Below are positions 60,467 through 64,000 of a stretch of DNA of 64,000 nt, piece by piece. The translations under genes and the position numbers were made by a program. Each line of letters begins with the position of its first letter. Position 1 is the stretch's first letter. The notes under the pieces were generated by a model that worked only from the letters and a program-made list of their open reading frames with translations, was not told where the DNA came from and searched no databases. Origin of the DNA: Glycera tridactyla (Eukaryota); NCBI GenBank assembly GCA_965644265.1, contig OZ286460.1, positions 99,944,001-100,008,000 on the forward strand, written 5' to 3'.

Positions 60467-60663
60467 GATTTTTCTCCTGGTAACCATGTACCATTAGGAC
60501 AAAGATTTTCTATGTTTTGTTTACCAGAGTAAGTACATGTAGTATGAGACCCTAATTTGAATACCCAGTAGTTAAACTTCATTTCTTGAGACTTTATTTT
60601 GGAAAGAAGCTCTTTGATCGAGTTCATTATACCTCTCAGGAGTGACCACTCAATGCTCAAGAC
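60467..60663 (-). other. Candidate coding exon of an unidentified downstream - strand gene
   Basis: 197-nt open frame bounded by ttttgttttaatgcaaaattAG and a perfect GTAAGT donor; product not recognised. Confidence 0.3.
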
Positions 60664-61621
60664 CTAATTTTGCATTAAAACAAAACAGACAAACATCTAC
60701 TCCATAACATGTCAATCTGCCCAATACTTTCTCTCAAATTTGTTAAGTTATTTGACTTGAGCAGTGACTCTCAGAAAATGATCTCCATCAGAACATGATG
60801 ATATTTGGCTGTATTTTTCTTTCGGAATATTAAGTCATTCCACTGAATGTGTGACATACAGAACATGGGATGTACATTTTACTAGGTATCTTGATTCATT
60901 GGTGATTTGTATAGATTTGATGTATAGCAATCAAGAGTACTGACAGCCATTATCATTTGTCTGCTGAGGTCTTTTCGCATTTGACATCTATGGAATGTGT
61001 TTATTGAATTTCTTTCTGATTGGATTGTTTCATGGAATGGTGATTAATTACAGATATGGATTTTTCTAGTGATGTATTCCTTTATGATTTGCTTCCTATT
61101 TATGATTGTTATTTCATTATTTTATTGAATTTCCATCTCCCCTCTTCACCCTTCCTGTGACAAGCATGCACTACTGAGTGTATCTAGTCTATTTGACAAC
61201 CTTTCTGGCTCCCCACCCTATTGTGTTCAGTGTTAGTGTGAGTGATTCCTGCAGGGGACTGATTGTCCAACTTTCATGGAGCAGGAACACATGGCATACA
61301 CAATCGTTTCGGTAGGTACTTGCTGTTGAAGTCCTCCGAGTCAATCATTAATCTTTTTCAGAGCAGTCAGTGAGGACAGGATGAGGAAATCTTCAGCAAA
61401 TAATGCTGAGAGACTTAGTTTCAATTAAGCAAAAGATGCATATCTGGTGGCAAGTATACATATTAGAACGAATGAATGAATAAGTGGAAGATAGACTGTA
61501 AGAATGTTCTTTCGATCATGAGGTTCATCACTGCATTCTGACAGTTACTATGTTTGCTCTGTTTGAATGAAGGTAATTTAATCTTCAGATACATTTCGTA
61601 ATTCAAACAATTAAGTGAAAA

Positions 61622-61745
61622 TACAGTCAAACCTGCTCTAAGCAGCCTACCTCTGAGAAGGCAAAGAATGGCTACATAAGGCAGGTTAATAAAGTCCTGA
61701 AGTGGGAATTTCACAAGTGGCTGCTTCGGACAGGTTAGACTGTAT
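61622..61745. mobile_element. CAGT-family MITE (short subfamily, also near 22067, 34514, 36176)
   Basis: TACAGTCAAACCTG...CAGGTTAGACTGTA. Confidence 0.7.
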
Positions 61746-61983
61746 CGAAATCCTGGAACTGCCCAAAGTGATTAGATGTTTTAAAGCAGATATTTTTAGA
61801 AAACAATAGGGGCATTTGCAAAATATCTAGCCACATTTATTGGATTTGATTTCATCATTTATTTTTTGTAGACACTTTACCTGATTTGTATATATTGAAG
61901 ACTTCAACCTGTGAGATCTCAAGTGCTATCATGTTTGCTGCTTGACTTGTTCATCTTTGATTGTGTGTTGAATATGTGCAAGA

Positions 61984-62253
61984 AATAAAATGTTTACCCT
62001 ATATGTCAGGGTTTAAAAGCATTTGTTCTGTCTACGGGAAAGGAGTGAAGCAATGAGGCAGCATCTGAGAACCAATAAAATGTTTACCCTATATGTCAGG
62101 GTTTGAAAGCAGGTGTTCTTTCTACAGGGAAGGAATGAAGCATTGAGGCAGTATTTGAGAACCAATAAAATGTTTACCCTATATGTCAGGGTTTAAAAGC
62201 ATGTGTTCTGTCTATGGGAAAGGAATGAAGCAATGAGGCAGCATTTGAGAACC
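61984..62253 (+). repeat. Minisatellite, 3 x 90 bp
   Basis: AATAAAATGTTTACCCTATATGTCAGGG starts at 61984, 62074 and 62164. Confidence 0.9.
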
Positions 62254-62369
62254 ATCTATAATATAATACTGGATACCCAAAACGTGCCCCGCTGAGAGCG
62301 CCAGCCACTCCCATCCAGATTTTCAGTATGGTACATCAAACACACACCTTGACCATTTTGTAGCAATAA

Positions 62370-62760
62370 GTTCTTGCCAGTGACCCTGAGATTTGACCTC
62401 AATACGCCCAGAGTAACAATGGCGGGATCAAACCCTGAATTCATGTGTGAAAGATTGCAATGGGCAGCTCACATACCAAATATGAAAACATTTAGTGAAA
62501 AATTGAGGTCAGAGGAGCAGAAAATGTGATTTCTAGTGAATGACCTCCCGTGACCTTGACCTCTGACCTAGTGACACCAAAATCAAAGGGGTTTTTCCTC
62601 TCCCTATGGGTGATGTGTGTACATGATATGAACTCAGTAAGTGAAGACCAACTTGAGATATCATCCGTAAACCACACCATCTACAGACAGGCAGCTTATA
62701 CATAGGAGGTACCAACAACCCTGACCTTTGACCTCGTGACACCCAAGGTAACAATCGCAG
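62370..62760 (-). repeat. Fragment of the 22.4-24.5 kb HINE core repeat in reverse orientation
   Basis: TGACCTCCCGTGACCTTGACCTCTGACCTAGTGAC is the reverse complement of the core motif; the surrounding sequence is also similar. Confidence 0.75.
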
Positions 62761-64000
62761 GATAAAACTGGGAATTTATGTGTGAAAGTTTGCAATACAC
62801 AGCCCACGAGATAATAGTAAATACAAGTGAAATGATCACTGGGAGATGGCACACCAAGTCACTGACCATTGAGGTCATGCCAGTGGATCCTGATATTGGA
62901 ACATGTTTTCTCCATTTGTCTTCAACAAAGTGGAGCCTCAGAGGGACAAAGACTATGCATATACTGTATACATATACCACCTAATTCAAACAGAACTCTG
63001 GTCGTCACTCAAGATAGGAAGGTGGGGCTGCGCAGACCCTGGGATAGAGACACTGATCTGTCTAGTATAGTCACTTCATAAAGAAGAGAGGGAGGAGCCA
63101 CAGTATCTACTGATGAAGGTTGAGAATAGAGCTCTTGGCAAGAGGCTTGGGAGAAGACCCGGTCGCATCACCAGTACACAGTCATGCTCATTGCATGGGC
63201 GTCCCAATATAGCGCAAATGGAGCTGACGTGACTTAAAAACACAACCAACCAACCTAGCACCACCAGTGTCAATGTGGGGTGTCCCTGGGACAAGTGGAG
63301 CAGTCGGTATGTAAGGGTGAGTATTGAAACCAGTGGGGAACGCACACATGTGTTTTCAGGCACATGGCTGCCAAATAGTTTGACTAACAGAGAAAACATT
63401 CGGCAAATGTCCCATCATGTATCCTCAAGTGCGACAAAAAAATAATGGGGACCAGTATTCCTTCACAAAATGTTGCAAAACATTAGCAACTGAACAGCCT
63501 GCAGGTCATGTCATGTTACAAGCCGTGACTTCCACACCATTGCAGTTCATCAGCGAATCAAAGAAGTGATCTTATGTCTGAGTCATGGCTTCCACACTCA
63601 TGTCATCAACGTTGAACTGCGAACTCAACAAAGCCTGCTGAGCTTACGTACCATCACAGTTGATGTGGGAACTCAATGGCAGCCTGTTGAGCTTGTGGTA
63701 GTAGTGATGGTAGCCAGGGTGAGGATGATGATGACGACGAAAATAAAATAAAATAAGAACAGACAAGCATTCAAACGAATGAGCACAATACTGGATGAAT
63801 GGATATGGATGCTCATTTGAACATCATCTTGAGTGGATTCCCACAAATGACACTTTGAGTGTCTGCGAATTTCATGAATTCTCACCTTCCGTTTGGGACC
63901 CAGAAGGAGGAGTCTTGGAAGATCCCATCCCTGCCTATTGCACGGACGTCACAATATAGCCCAGATGGTGCTGACGTGACGTCAAACCAGAACCAACCAA

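Noticed and set aside
63540-63640. - strand peptide ALLSSQFNVDDMSVEAMTQT*
   Set aside because: No consistent acceptor or upstream open frame found

Overview
Eukaryotic (animal, probably marine invertebrate) AT-rich genomic DNA with four N gaps in the first 3.6 kb. Most of the window is one + strand gene, an L-asparaginase/60-kDa lysophospholipase with C-terminal ankyrin repeats (ASPG-like). I reconstructed 14 coding exons from ATG 4149 to stop 55504 with consistent GT-AG phases: 1950 nt, 649 aa. The introns hold many MITEs, Helentron-associated (HINE-like) repeats, non-autonomous TIR elements, SINE-like fragments and microsatellites. Intron 10 separates the asparaginase domain from the ankyrin repeats and contains the most notable feature: an apparently intact and very young ~7.9-kb tyrosine-recombinase retrotransposon of the Ngaro type on the - strand. 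Its layout is A1 - SGNH hydrolase - gag - RT/RNaseH - YR - B1 - A2 - spacer - B2. It is inserted into a dead CR1/L2-type LINE whose reading frame is restored exactly by a base-conserving crossover. Unusual points in this element: a catalytically complete SGNH esterase as the FIRST ORF, a candidate internal promoter (CRE, E-box-like, CCAAT, E2F) plus a candidate 5'-UTR intron ending right at the gag ATG, ATGA-coupled pol/YR, and a bidirectional poly(A) palindrome. All coordinates and comparisons were done by eye; no database searches were run.
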